Assembly: GCF_009914755.1 (NCBI RefSeq)
Contig: NC_060926.1
DNA from: the human T2T-CHM13v2.0 reference genome, Homo sapiens
Reading direction: 5' to 3' (one strand)
Length of the DNA stretch: 64,000 nt
In this document: in pieces, positions 29,713-43,899 of the stretch
Layout: each line of letters starts with the position of its first letter
Position numbering within the stretch: position 1 is the stretch's first letter
The notes under the pieces: generated by a model
Seen by the model: only the letters and a program-made list of their open reading frames with translations
Told to the model about the DNA's origin: nothing
The model's database searches: none
Translations under genes and position numbers: made by a program

Positions 29713-29879
29713 TGGAATACGGTGTAGATAGAAATCCAGTTAAATATCTCTTTTCCAGACAATTGGCACTTCAGTAATTTGTAAAATGAGGTATTTGGCC
29801 ACCAGATCTATATGTCATATCATATCTCTCAGAATTATTAAGCTCTGTAGCCACCTTTGATTACTCTAATATATTAGAA

Positions 29880-30104
29880 TAGTAGTTTTCAGCACTATTA
29901 TATATAGCAAAGCCCTTTCTTGAAATGAAATCTGGTATAGAACCTATTACTCATAAAATTTATGAGATGGAGATGATTCTGCTGTAGGAGGGACAAGAGA
30001 CAGAATCTCCAAGGGTTCAGCTCCTTTCTCTTTTCTTCTTTATGGTTTATCATTCACTGTTTAGAGAATCTGGGATTCTAAGGAACACAATTTTAAAAAT
30101 ACTG
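29880..30104. mobile_element. hAT-Charlie MITE (MER103C-like)
   Basis: Degenerate TIRs AGTAGTTTTCA...TAAAAATACTG; CCCTTTCTTGAAATGAAATCT and GGAACACAATTT motifs. Confidence 0.55.
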
Positions 30105-32619
30105 AATTATAAGAAAATAATCCAGGTTAAATTTTGTTCCTCTTGATGCTATTCATGGCATTTAGCTACTAGAGCATCCAACTGTCCTCATTAGAAGGAG
30201 GTGCCAAGACATGGTGTCATAAAATATGTTAAAGAAAAGTCCTAGAAAAATAAATAGATTCTCACAATAAGAACATACTTTGATCTTTTCAGTTGCACCG
30301 AAAATGCAGTTGTGAAATCTCACTATCTTTTGGATATAGCTGACAATTCTATAAGGATTTCATAGCCATGACAATTAATCCTGACTCGTTCTATCCACCG
30401 TTTCACCTTAGAATCTTAAAATTCTTTCTGAGAGGCCACTCCTAAGAAAAAAAATTAACTGATTGCTTAGATTGCTTTTAAATTCACATTTCATGAACTT
30501 TAGAAGTTAGGTATCAAGTTTACAGAACACTTTGGAAAAGTTAAGCTGCAGTGTATTCCTTTTAGATAATAGGATGACTTAAGTGCATAGTATAGACACT
30601 CATCATCAAGTCATATACACAAATAGATGATCTCAACTTAAAAACCTTTAAAACACTGTACACTCCTAAATATGTCCTAGGAATCACATATGTGTTTGGT
30701 ACATAAATTATCCTGCATCGATATAAGCAGCCTATGAACATATGGGTTACTTGGAAGTTGTTTTTGAAAATTTTTAAAAGCTACATTTGCTATGCTTTAT
30801 ATATTACTGCAATTTTACGATGGACAGTGCTAACCTTCTGCTATTAATGTGTTGCTGCAACCTCAGATAAGGATTAAACAAATCTCTAGCAAATTCCAAC
30901 GCCTTGAGTAGCCTTCTAGTTTCTAGTTTCTCAACATAAGAAGTTTTCTGAAGTGTATCTCCAGGACTGCATTTTGATATCAGTTATTTATGGGAATTAA
31001 CATGAAGAGATGGAACAGCAGGTCTGTGTGGGATGGTGGCAAATTGGAATCTAAAAATGAGTGACGCTTGTTGTAATGAGGTGGATGCATTTGAGACAGA
31101 GGGTGGTAGAGGCAGAGGGAGAGAGAAGAACATAATATGAACTGGTTTATTTAAAGGCTTTGAGTGAAAAAATAAATGATTCAAATATGCTCAGGTAGAA
31201 GGTCTCCTCTTTATTTTTGTACAAATGTCTTGTCATTCCAGAAAGATGCAAATAAGGCAACAAGAGAACATAATATATTTAAAGGAAAAACCACTGTTTC
31301 TCTTTCATTACAGTTTTGTATTTTCATTTCTATTACAGTCAGTTCATCTGTGTCTTCCTTTTTCCTGTGAATCTGGATATAAAGGAAATGAAAACCTCAG
31401 TTCTGTGTTTTACTTTAGAAGGAAAGAAACCCATCCAGATAAATTTCACTTTGCCATAAACCTGGACATCCCGCTATGGTATATTTGTTACTTGTAGGCA
31501 ATTTACAAGAGAAATTAAGCTCTAATCAGTTGAAAAATTACAACCAAATGGCAGGTCTTTATAAATAGTATACCATGGTAACTATGCTGGGATTATCTAA
31601 TTCATTAAGTACAATATATAAAAGAGGACAGATCCTATCTTTAATTAGCTAATAACACTAAACTCTCAAGTGGGTGGGCAAAAAACTTCTCAGGTTGATG
31701 ACCTAGTGTTGTATGCGTAATCACTGCACTAATGTCAGAGCTCTTGCTGGGCTGATTTGGGGTTCTCTTTTCCTTTGAGAAGACTTAAAGACCAATATGT
31801 TTGCCAGGAACTTTCCCTCAAATGTAGTACTTTAGAAGAAGTAATAAAAGTGATGTGAAATTGATACTACTGTAAGTATTTGGCTGGACGGAGAGGTCAA
31901 TGCCCATTTCTAACTCCTAGGTGATACTGATGACAGTACCTCCTCACACTTTGAGCAGTGAGGAACTATGCTATACAGCTGTTGCCTCAAATGAAAGAAT
32001 AAAACCCTGGGAGGCACTGAATCATACTGACAGAATCATTAAGGAGAGTGATTTTCTTAAAATATGCTGGCCTGGTTCAGTGTCTCTAACTCTCCAGGGT
32101 GAAATTTTCTCCTCTTTAAGTGGGATCCTATCCCCACCTCACAGTTGGGTATGAATGAAGAGTCAGTGCAGACATTCACATGAATGAATTGGTCACATTT
32201 ATGAGAGAACCTCTTCCTACCCAGTGGCTTCACCTCAGATGGGAGATTACTTGCCCTGTGCCTCCTAAATGGACAGGGAGGCAGAGGCAAACAAAAGTCA
32301 AGATTTAAGCTTTTTCTCTGCAGGACATTTCAGAACACATTTTTCAAAGTTGTCTTTTATGATTGTCAGTAGATCTGTCTCCAGTAATTCTCTAAGCTTC
32401 ATAGTCAAACTCTTTTTGCAGTTTTCTGGGGTCCTGGAAAGAGGTTTGTGGAAACAAGGGAAGTTTCAGAGTTAGTGCTGGCTGAGCTCTCACTGCTTCC
32501 AGTCTCTACTCTGAGATAATAACTTGACTGCCTCACAGGAGCCAGGACTGTGATGCTGAAGGCAGAAGCTACATGGTCAGGGCTTCAGTGACTCACCCAG
32601 CTCATGAAACATGAAGGCA

Positions 32620-32870
32620 TGCATTAATATTTATTGCAACAGCGACTATTTTGAAGGTTTTTCTGCATAAGGTGCTGTGGCAAAGGATTTATATGCCTTT
32701 AATTAGTATAATGATCTGCTATTTCATTTTAAATATGTGGCAACTAAGGATCACAGGATGAAACACTGTGCTTAGATCACAAAGCCAGTGAGTGGTGGAG
32801 CTGAGGTTTTGCTTGGGGACATCTGAGTCCTGAGTACACACTCATAGCAGTCTTGCTTTGCTGCCTCACT
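32620..32870 (-). mobile_element. MIR
   Basis: ATTAATATTTATTG...AGATCACAAAGCCAGTGAGTGGTGGAGCTGAGG. Confidence 0.7.
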
Positions 32871-32897
32871 GTAATTGTCAAGTTCATGACACCTAAA

Positions 32898-33312
<415 letters not shown>

Positions 33313-33655
33313 TGTCCACTGTGCGTGGCACGTTGCAGTTGACACTTGACACTGCGCTGTCTTATTCATCTCCACACAATGGCAGTCCTGTGAGACAAGT
33401 ACTGCTATTCTCATTTCATAAATGGGAAGGCTAGGGCACACACAAATGAATGGACTGGATGCAGCTGAAATCGGAATGCAGGTCTAATCTCAAGTGTTCT
33501 TTTGACCATAACACTGCTGCCTCTCTTCTAACAAAATGAGAATGCAGACCAAAGCAAACAGGGAATGGTAAGAAGTGGCAACTTTTAGGTTATATCAGTC
33601 CAGCCGGGATATTTGACTTTCACTTTATATAACTGGCATCAGAAAACTGAATTAT

Positions 33656-33947
33656 GGCATGGCACAGTGGTTCATGCTTGTAATCCCAGTACTTTGGGAA
33701 GCCAAGGCAGGGGGATGACTTGGGCCCTATAGTTCAAGACCAGCCTGGGCAACATGATGAAACTCCCATCTCTAAAAAAAAATTTCAAAAGGTAGCCAGG
33801 CATGGCGGTGCAAGTCTGTAGTTGCAGCTTTTGGGAAGCTGAGGCAGGAGGATTTGCTTGAGCCCAGGAGGTCAAGGCTGCAGTGAGCTGTGAACCTGCC
33901 ACTGCACTCCAGCCTGGTTGACAGAGTGAGGCTGTCTCCAAAACAAA
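33656..33947 (+). mobile_element. AluJ
   Basis: GCTTGAGCCCAGGAGGTCAAGGCTGCAG diagnostic; TSD AAAACTG(A/G)ATTAT at 33643-33655 and 33948-33960. Confidence 0.93.
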
Positions 33948-34519
33948 AAAACTGGATTATAAGCATTAGTAAGTAATAAACTGGAAACATCCACGTTTCT
34001 CCTTTTCTTATCAATGAAATGGGAATAATAGCAGACCTTGTGCAGTTGCATGAGACTCAAATAAAACAATGTGTGAAAATGTTTTGAAAACTATAAATTA
34101 TTGTGTAAATATAAGACATGATTAAGCAGACCTAATTTTTTCATAGCAAAATCTGTGAGAAGGGAATCTTTGCTGACGTAACAAATTTAATCTATTCTTT
34201 TTGATTCCAGCAGAGGGCTAAATTCACACAGGGAATTCATTCTTTCGCTTTCCTAGATAAAGGTAGAAAACATAGGTGATTCTTAAGCTCACCTGGCAGC
34301 ATTCATTGCAATAGTGGGTCCCAGGTGTCAGTAGAATGGTCTTGGCTTTGTTCTCTCAGGCAGGTCTTCTTATTATGTTGGTTTTTAAACTGATTGGTGG
34401 CTACTCTGGCATAGGCACCAACATAAGAGAGAAGAAAAAATGTGGAAGGGATAGGAGAGAGGAAGTGCCTCTCTCTCCAAAATCCCAATGACCAATGATG
34501 CCTATTGGCCTATTAACAG

Positions 34520-35560
34520 TCACCCTCCTCTCCTGTGATCTTGTCCTCACCACTGGCTTCAATAATCACTATGACCTGATGACCCCCACGTTCCAGCTTC
34601 CAGCCAGATTTCTTTTCAGAGTTCTAGTCCTATGTATTCAATTGTCTACTAGAATATTAGCATGACTGCCCCAAGGGTGCCTTCAATTCAACAGATACAA
34701 AACTTATCCTAACATCTTCCTTATAAATGTGTTTCTCTCCCATTAGTCCCCATCTTACTAGAGGGTGCTACCACACACCCAATGAGAAAGCTGGGTGTCA
34801 CCCTTGACTTCTCCTTTTTTCTTAATCCCAAACCAAATTCTGTCTGTTTCTTTTTAATATCTGCCTATTCTATACATTATACCATGATGTTAATTCTATG
34901 CGAATTCAGATCACCTTCATGTCTTGCCTGGTTATCTGCAAAAGCCTTGTTGCATGTTTTCTCTTCCTGACTCCAATTTTGTCGAATTTCTGTCTGTACT
35001 CCAATTGTACCCACAGTGATAGTTTTAAGAGTCAAAATCTAACCTCAGAATTCTTTAATGACTTTGCATTATCTTCATGAGGAGTCTGTTTCTTAAAATG
35101 AATCCCAAAGACATTTGTAATATGCCTTCTGTTGATTTATTGTGACTCATCTCTTGACACACATCCTTTTTACACTCAATACACAAATTTTACTAAACTA
35201 GGCTTAAATTTGTGAAAACTCTACTTTCTTAATTCCATGCTCCTTTCTCTGCCAGGGATTGCTCTCTGAGAGCTCTCCTAAACTGCCTTTGCCTGGCTCC
35301 ACTCACAGTCCCTTCCTGATACACTCATATTTCTTTCTAAGCTTCTCCGACTCCTTTTTTTCTTGCATTGGTTACTATACTTACAGCTTTCATAGAAGTG
35401 CTCGCTCTGGGCTGTAAATGCCTCATGACTTATTTCATCTCTCTTCTAGTCAGAATGCTTTTTTTGAAGACAGAGCCTATCTTTTGTTCTGTGTGCATGG
35501 CTTAGCATAGCACCTGGCACACAATGGGCAAGCAAACTATTTGTGCTGAGTGAAGTAGTA
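34520..35560 (+). mobile_element. L2 (L2a-like) 3' region
   Basis: CTGGGTGTCACCCTTGACTTCTCC...CTTAGCATAGCACCTGGCACACAAT...GAGTGAA end. Confidence 0.8.
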
Positions 35561-35674
35561 AATATATGTCAGTTGCAGCAATGCATAGCTACCTGGGAGG
35601 ACTGCTGGTTGTTTTAATTAAACATTAGGTGCAAATGTCAGGCATTTAGGGTGGAAATAAAATTCAGAGCCACT

Positions 35675-35978
<304 letters not shown>

Positions 35979-36339
35979 TCAGACCCACTGAGATAACTTT
36001 ATTATTGGAAACTCATGAACTCTGAAAATCCTTAGGAGCCAGATTTAGTAAAAACATTTTTGGGATGTTTGCTCCTCCTCTGTCAGCTTTGGGAATAGGT
36101 TATGAATTCTTCTATTCTTCCAATAGTTCTATTTGTTTCCTCCATTTATATAAGAATATTCAGTTTTTGTGTTGCCACAAAGATGATGTGCACAAATGAT
36201 CCATTTTCTGGAGCTGGGGCTTGGAAGTTTAGGTGTGTAAATTCACTGCTTATAAAATGATACAGTCTTATGCCAATTTCTTTCTTTTTTTTTTTTTTTA
36301 GACACAATCTCTTGCATATTTTGGTCAAGGAGAAAGAAA

Positions 36340-36490
36340 CATGATTTGGACCCAGACCCAGTTTTGAAATTCTGCTTTAGCAGATGTTAGATATGTAATC
36401 TTAAGCAAAGTGTTTAAATTTTTAGCAACTCAGTTTTCTCATCAGTAGCTACCTACCTACCTCACCAAGTTGGGTGAGGCTTACATATGT
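36340..36490 (+). mobile_element. MIR
   Basis: TGTAATCTTAAGCAAAGTGTTTAA...CTCAGTTTTCTCATC core. Confidence 0.7.
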
Positions 36491-38741
36491 AATAGCAGCA
36501 TTGAACAAAATATATTTCCTTTCTCTTTAGATTATATTCATATTCAGCACAATGGCAAAAACAGTTGAGTTTTAGAGTATAGCATGCTCTGGGGCTAGGA
36601 ATTCTTCATTCAGAAACCATACCAAAATACTCATAAAAGTATCTAATATGTATATAATAATATTACCACTCAAGCATTATTTTTAATTCCTTTGGTATGT
36701 TTAATAATAAAGTATAATATGCAAACAGTGCAACAAATAATAAATATAGCTAGATGCATTATTACAAAATGAGCACATATTTAACTACCACCCAGATTTT
36801 AAGAATATGGTTTTATCAGTACCCTAGAGACACCCCTCCTGCCACTAAACTTACACTCCTCTCCAGATATAACCCTTAAGCTACTAATACCACCAATTAT
36901 TTTTGCCTACTTATGAAGTTTATATAGGAACCATAAAGTCTGTATTCCTTTGTGTCAGGCTTCTGTCATTCAGCATTGTTTGAAATTCATGTGACAGGTT
37001 TTGTTGTGTATGTTGTGAGATGCTGTTGTGTTGTATGTAGCAATGGTTTGTTAAATTTCATAGCCATGTTGTATTGCATTGAGTGAAGCAATATTTGTCC
37101 ACTAGACTCCTGACAGACAATTATACTTTTTCTGATTTTTTTGGCTATTATAGATAGTACTGGTGTGGCCATTATTATGTATGTCTAATGATTTGTGTAA
37201 TATGCATTTTTTAAGCATATGCTTAGGAGAGGGTTTGCGTGGTTGTAGGTTATGTGCTTGTTGAACTTAAGCATATATTAACAGCTTTCCACAGTCCTTG
37301 TACCGTTAAACATTCCCATCAGCAGTAATGAGAAGCTCCAGTTGCCCTAAAACCTAGCTAAAGCTTGGCATTACGTCATTTTTAAATTGTAGCTTTTGAG
37401 TAGGTGGTGATATCTCATGATTGTTTTCGTATTGCATTTTCAAAATAACTAATAAGGTTGAGCACCCTTTTCCACTCCAGCAGTCTTTTGGATTTCTTCT
37501 TTTGTAAAATTGCTAATAAAAATCTCTTTGCCCATTTTTTTCTACTGGGTTATTTTTCTTGGTCTTGTTAACTTACAGGAGTTCTTTATAGATTCTGGTT
37601 TGAGGCTTTTGTCAACTATGTGTATTGCAAATATCTTCTTCCATTTGATGTTTTGCCTTTTGATTTTCCTAATGGGCTCTTAATTTTTAATGTATCCTAG
37701 TTGATTAATCTTTTTCTTAATGGTTAATGCTGTTAACAAATATTTGTTCATCGAAAATGTATAAATATATTTTCCTTTTATTTCCTAGAAACATATTGTT
37801 TTCTTCTGCAATTTTATACCAGTCAACCTGAAATTGAATTACATGTATGGTATGAGACAAGGGTCTAGCTTTTTTTCCTTTTTCCTTTTTTTTTTCCAAT
37901 CCAGCAGATGGAGCACAATTTAATAAAAAGATTGTCCTATTTTCACTGTTCTACAGTACCTTTCTTACAAATGAAATGACAATAAATGAATACTATGAAT
38001 GATCTACTTTATGACTCACTATTCTGCTATTTTGATTTATTTATCTGTCCCTGTCACTTTACTTCGTAGCACTTGACATTCAATATATATATATATATTG
38101 AATTAAATATATACATATTGGAATGTGTGTGTGTGTGTACGTCAGCTATAGTAATGTGGGATCAGTGTGGGATCAGCTATAATAATGCATAGTTGACTGA
38201 AAAGACATAGAATATTTCTTTCAGATAAAATCAATGAAACATTAGGTAGACAACTATCAGATATTTAAAGTGAAAAAAATAGAATTAGAGCCAATGAGGT
38301 GAGTTTATTATCAGAATAAATAACTTTATGAATAAAAAACTTTATCAGAATAAATAACTTACTGACTTCTATTGGCTTAAGTCCCCCAACTTTGTTCCTC
38401 AAGAGTCGTCATGCCTATTCCTGCCCCTTTGTATTTCCATATAAATTTTAAAATCAACTCATCAATTTCTACCAAAAACACAGTAATTTTTACATTAATA
38501 TAATATCTACAGATACGTTTAAATAGATATTTTTATAATATTAGTTTTTCTAGTCCATGATTATTTTATATACCTTCATGTATTTAGTTCTCTTAATTTC
38601 TATCAATAATAAGTTATAGTTTTATGTGTGGAAGGCATATATTTATCATCAATTTTTACCTTAATTCTGTGGTTAAAAATCACTTTCGTTGCTATTTTAG
38701 TCCTTGGACATTTGTTGAGACTTGCTTTAAGACCCAGCATA

Positions 38742-39052
38742 GGCCTAGCGCGGTGGCTTATGCCTGTAATCCCAGCACTTTGGGAGGCCAAGGTGGGTGG
38801 ATCACGAGGTCAGGAAATCGAGAACATCCTGGCTAACAAGGTGAAACCCTGTCTCTACTAAAAATACAAAAAAATTAGCCGGGCAGTGTGGCGGCAGGCG
38901 CCTGTAGTCCGAGCTACTCGGGAGGCTGAGGCAGGAGAATGGCGTGAACCCCGGAGGCGGGGCTTGCAGTGAGCCGAGATCGCGCCACTGCTCTCCAGGC
39001 TGGGGGACAGAGCGAGACTCCATCTCAAAAAAACAAACAAAACAAAAAAAAA
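38742..39052 (+). mobile_element. AluY (variant GGCTAACAAGG)
   Basis: AATGGCGTGAACCC and GCTTGCAGTGAGCC diagnostics; TSD AAGACCCAGCATA at 38729-38741 and 39053-39065. Confidence 0.95.
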
Positions 39053-39538
39053 AAGACCCAGCATATAGTCAGTTTTGGACAATGTTTCATATATGCTTAA
39101 AAAATATGTATTATGTAGTTATTTGGTTCGATAGTCTGGATACATCAATCAGATCAATTCTGTTAATAATGTCGCTACAATTTTGTGTATATGTACTTAA
39201 TTTCCTCCAACTTGTTCTATTAGTTGTTGAGAAAAGTCTGTTAAGATATCCCACTTTGTGGATTTACTGATTTCTCCTCTTAGTTCTATTGTTTAGTTTA
39301 TAGCTAAATCTTTAGTGTCCAGAAATTTAGCATTGTTATACATTCTTAGCAGATTAACCTTTTGTCCTTATGAAGTGTCTCTTTATTTTTATTAATATTT
39401 CTTAATTATGCATTTTGGTTTGATATTTATATAGATATACAGTTTGTATCTTGATTAGGACCTGCATACTATACTTTTTCCTCTTTTACTTTCAAGTTTT
39501 ATATAGTTACATATTTAAAGATTCTCTCTTACATGCAA

Positions 39539-40200
39539 TATGGTCAACAAAACTCTAAGATGATAACCTGACTTTCACCTTTGTATAATTTCCTCCCTTT
39601 GAATAAATGTGAAAATGCAAATATCAAGCGATATCATTCTCATAATTATGTTATGCTATATGGCAAAAGGTATTTTACAGATGTAATTAGAGTTATTTAG
39701 CAGTTGACTTTGGGTTAATCAAAAGAGTGATTTCCAGGTGGGCTAATCTAACCACATAATCCCTTTAAAAAATTTACAGCTGAGTAGTAGAGGGGCTGTC
39801 AGGATCAAAGCATGAGAAAGATAAGAGCAAAATAAATATTTCATCAATAGCTCTGATATTAGAAGAGGCCAGCTGGAAAGCATTCAAAAGCATCCTCTGG
39901 GAGCTAAAAGGACATCCGAGGCAACATCTGGTAAGAAATGGAGACCTCGGTTCTTCAGTGGCAAGAGGTTGCAGACTCTTAATAATCTTAATAGGCATTG
40001 AAGCAAATTTTCTCTCAGAACCCCAGATAAAAATGTAAGTTGGATGGACACCTTGATTTCAGCCTTCTGAGATCCTGTCAAAGAATCCTGCCTAGTCTGC
40101 ACAGCCTTCTGGCATAGGACTGTGAGCTACTAAATGGGTGTTATTCTAAGCTACAAAGTTTATCATAATTTGTTACGCATTAATAGAAAACTCACACACA
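39539..40200 (+). mobile_element. MaLR LTR (MLT1E-like)
   Basis: ATGGCAAAAGGTATTTTACAGATGTAATTAG...ACACCTTGATTTCAGCC...TAATAGAAAACTCACACA. Confidence 0.85.
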
Positions 40201-41225
40201 GTATCTGCTTTCCGTGTATGTATTTAACTCCTGTTGGAGACTCTTAGCTGTTTCCTGGATTATTTAATTTACCTTCAGTGTAATTTCTGACATACTTCCA
40301 ATCTAATTCCCTTATGTTTCTAATTTATTTTCAACTTTCTCACCTGTTCTACGCCTTTTCTTCTTAATTTTCTTGACTACTTTCAGAGTAAGTAAATGTG
40401 TTTTACTCCATTTTCTTTTCTCAGTTTGTTCTTTTTTTATTAGTTGAACTATAGATTACAATATTCTTAACTCACTAGAGTCTAACGTAAGGTATGCAGG
40501 TTTACTTCTTCCCACATAATGTAAAAACTTAGAATACTTCAATTCCATTTACCAACCCCCTGTCTTTTGCTCTACTGTTGTATTAAATTTTAATTTTCTC
40601 AATATTTTAAACCATATCAACATGATTAATAATTTTCCATGATGTAAAAATTTATTTAGATATTGCTGCTATATTCCTCCTTTCCTTCTTCATTTTGTAT
40701 TCATTTCTAGGCATCCACCTTGCATAATTTTTCTTTTGCCTAAAAACTACTTATTTATGTTTCCTTTAGTAAATAACTGCTAATGATTAATGTTCTTAGA
40801 TTTTGTTGAATAAAATGTTTCTGTTTTTCCTTCATTGTAGAATATTGCTTTGGTAATTATGGAATCCTAGTTTGGCGGGGTTTTTTTGTATGTGGTTTTT
40901 GCTGTTTGTTTTTCCAGCACTGTGAAGATATCATTCTATTATTTATATCTTTCATTAGTTGTGTTGTCAGAGTATTATTATTATTTCCTTAAAAAGAAAT
41001 GTGTCCTTTCTTCTGGCTGGTTTTATGATTTTTTTTCTCTTGATTTTGGTGTTTCAGCCATTTCCCAATGCTGGTTTTGTTTGTATTCATTCTGCTTGAG
41101 CTTTGCAGTGCTTCTTGAATCTACGGCATCAGGTCCTTTATCTATTTGGGAAAATTCTTGGTTATTGTCTCTCAATTTACTACTTTACTTCTGCTACAAT
41201 CTTTCTATATTTCCTTCTGGAGACT

Positions 41226-41395
41226 CATATATGTGATAATGATACAATATATATGTATAATATACAAATATATATGCATATATAACATATACATATGCAT
41301 ATGCATAATATATGCATGTATATGTATAAAATATGGAGCTATAATATATATACATATATAATATACACATATGTATACATATACATATATTATAT
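41226..41395. repeat. Degenerate (TA/CATA)n low-complexity repeat
   Basis: Visible ATATATG/ATACAT runs. Confidence 0.85.
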
Positions 41396-43304
41396 CATTA
41401 TCTTTGCTTCAATGTTAATATTTTATTTTTAGTTTGTTGAATCAATTTTCTAAAGCCTTTCTATTGAGTTTTTAGTATTAGTCATGTTTTGCATTCTAGA
41501 AGGTCTATTTATAGTTTACAGTTTTTGCTACAATTCACCATCTTTTATCTAATTTATTGGAAACATTTATTACAAACACTCTGAAGTCAGTGTTTCATAA
41601 CTCCAATATCTACAGCTTCAGTGAGCTTATTTTTATATGTTTTTTCCCTTTATTTTCAGTCACTTTTCTTTTTACATACTTGATTATTTTAATTGAAGTC
41701 CTGGACATTACACATTAATATTTTTAAGGATAGTTTAAGACTCATAATGAGGTTATCTTCCTCTTAATGAGTTTATGTTCTTCTAGAAGGGCATTAGCTT
41801 TTTGTGAGCATTAAGTGTAATGAGAGATCACCTCAATCCATACTGGTATTGTGCTGATTCTAACCTGGCTTTAGTGTCTGGAAGGGACGATCCTGTTTAC
41901 CATTACTCTTAAAGTATACCTTGTCAGAAATCCCCAATAAAGTCCTCCAATACTTGTGAGAATCTCTGCTCTTTGGCAGCACAGGGCTCAATTATTTTGT
42001 TCTCCTTCTCTACAAGTTCCCAAAAGATCTGTTTGGCTTCTTAGTCTCTCAGCTACTGCTCTCTGTTAAGCTTCTCAGCCTTTTATTCTGAAGAAAGAAA
42101 GAAAAATGAATGTGTGTAGGAAACCAGCAATCTCTGCCATGTTCTTCATCTTCATGGGACAAATGTTATAAATTATTTAATTCAGTTCAGTGCTTGTTGC
42201 CAAGAACGAGTTCAATCCACGTAAGTGAAGGTGTTTGAGCAGTTGATCGGTATCCATAATAACAATTGCGTTTGACATTTTGTGTCTCATCTTTGTAAAA
42301 ATGTTTAATATTATGTCCTATGCATTTTATAAAAATATAATGAGTCTGGTAGAAAAGATATTGTAATGTAGTTAGGCTTACGAGGAAACTGAAGGCCAGA
42401 AAGATTAAATCACTTGAAAAAGACCTTACAGGAAATCTATGGTACTTAGATTATTGACTCTTAAAACAGACTGATGAAATTTAATTATTATCATTCTGGT
42501 ACACATTCATTTTAATTAAGAGCATCTTAATTTTCTGTGTCATTCTTGAGGCTTTTCTCAGGGGGATAATTCATTCAGCATGTTTCCACTGGTGGACCAA
42601 CTCCTGCAGGGAGAAAAATTGCATATCCTTATGCTCCAGAAGTGTGAAGTTTGGATCAATTTTATGCTTCTTTCAAACCCTTCTGGATGGCACTTGTTTT
42701 CCTAAGGAATGCCCCATTTATCCATGTTCCTATACAACTAAGTACCATGTGGGCCTATAAGTAATGTGAAAGCACCAGGCTTCCTGAATAATCAGTTTTC
42801 CCACTGGGAGCAGATGGTTTATATTTTATACCATCATGGGCCAATCCTTGACAGCTGTTAGAATATGGTTAAGATAACCATAGCTGCCATTTGGAAAATC
42901 TGAGAGATATATAGTAAATAAGCTGCTTAATGTTGAGAGCAGCTATTTGTCTCATCTTTGTATATATAACCAGGGTCGTTTGTTGTAATGTTTCCAAATA
43001 TAAGGTGGTAACATTCTTGACGTTAGACCTACTCATTTTAATTTTCAAGAACTATTTTTGTCAAACTCTTCTCTTTATGCATATGTGCATCTATATGTAT
43101 GTGTGTGTATCTATATGTGTGTGTGTCACAGCTCCAATCTGTCACAGCTTCATAGTAGGAAGGTGTAAACAGACTCTAACACTTCTCTTTGCAAAATCTT
43201 ACCCAAGAATTTCAGGCAGGATTAAAGCACAATTATATAATTCCATTCAGATGAGAGTATATTATGTTTTTATAGTCCTCCAGTTAGAGTGTCTATAACT
43301 ACTA

Positions 43305-43650
43305 TGCTATTGTCTGAATGTTTGCAAACCCCCCAAATTCATACATTGAAATCTAATCACCAAGCTGATGGCTTATAGAGGTGGGGCCTTTGGGAGGTGA
43401 ATAGATCATGAGGGCAGAGTCTTCATAGAGGGGTTAGCCTCCTTTAAAAACAGGCCCCAAATAGCTGCCTTGCCTTTTCCACCATGTGAGGACACAGCTA
43501 GAAAGTGTTATCTATGAGAAACAGGCCTTCATTAGACACCAAATCTGCCAGCACCTTCTTTCTTAGACATCACAGGCTCCAAAACTGTAAAAATAAATTT
43601 CTGTTGTTTATAAGCTACTCAATCTACAGTATTTTGTTATAGCTACAGCA
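43305..43650 (+). mobile_element. MaLR LTR (MLT1A-like)
   Basis: TGCTATTGTCTGAATGTTTG...CCAAATTCAT...GGTGGGGCCTTTGGGAGGTGA...AATAAATTTCTGTTGTTTATAAGC. Confidence 0.9.
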
Positions 43651-43899
43651 TTCCAAACAATAGTACAATCTCAAATGAACCATGTTAGCATGCAACGAAT
43701 CATGTTTTAAGAAGGGTATTATATAACTAAGCCAAAATACACTCATTTATATTCCAAATGAGTGTGTATGTACATGCATGCAAGTTTATGCCCATGAAAT
43801 TTGTGTGGCAGTTATCTATCCATGTTTGATGTGTAGTCTCTGCAAAGGGTATCAATTTTTATTCTTGGGATGACTGAGCATTTACAGATGGTTACTCTT

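Larger units (their letters stand above)
36690..42150 (-). mobile_element. Long, old L1M (L1MC/MD/ME-type) with nested AluY and MLT1E
   Basis: Antisense 3'UTR at 36690+, ORF2 pieces to about 39530 and ORF1/5'-like pieces at 40200-42150. Confidence 0.7.

Noticed and set aside
36277-36316. Poly(T) + AGACACAATCTC as a minimal Alu insertion
   Set aside because: Only about 12 Alu-like bases and no convincing TSD.
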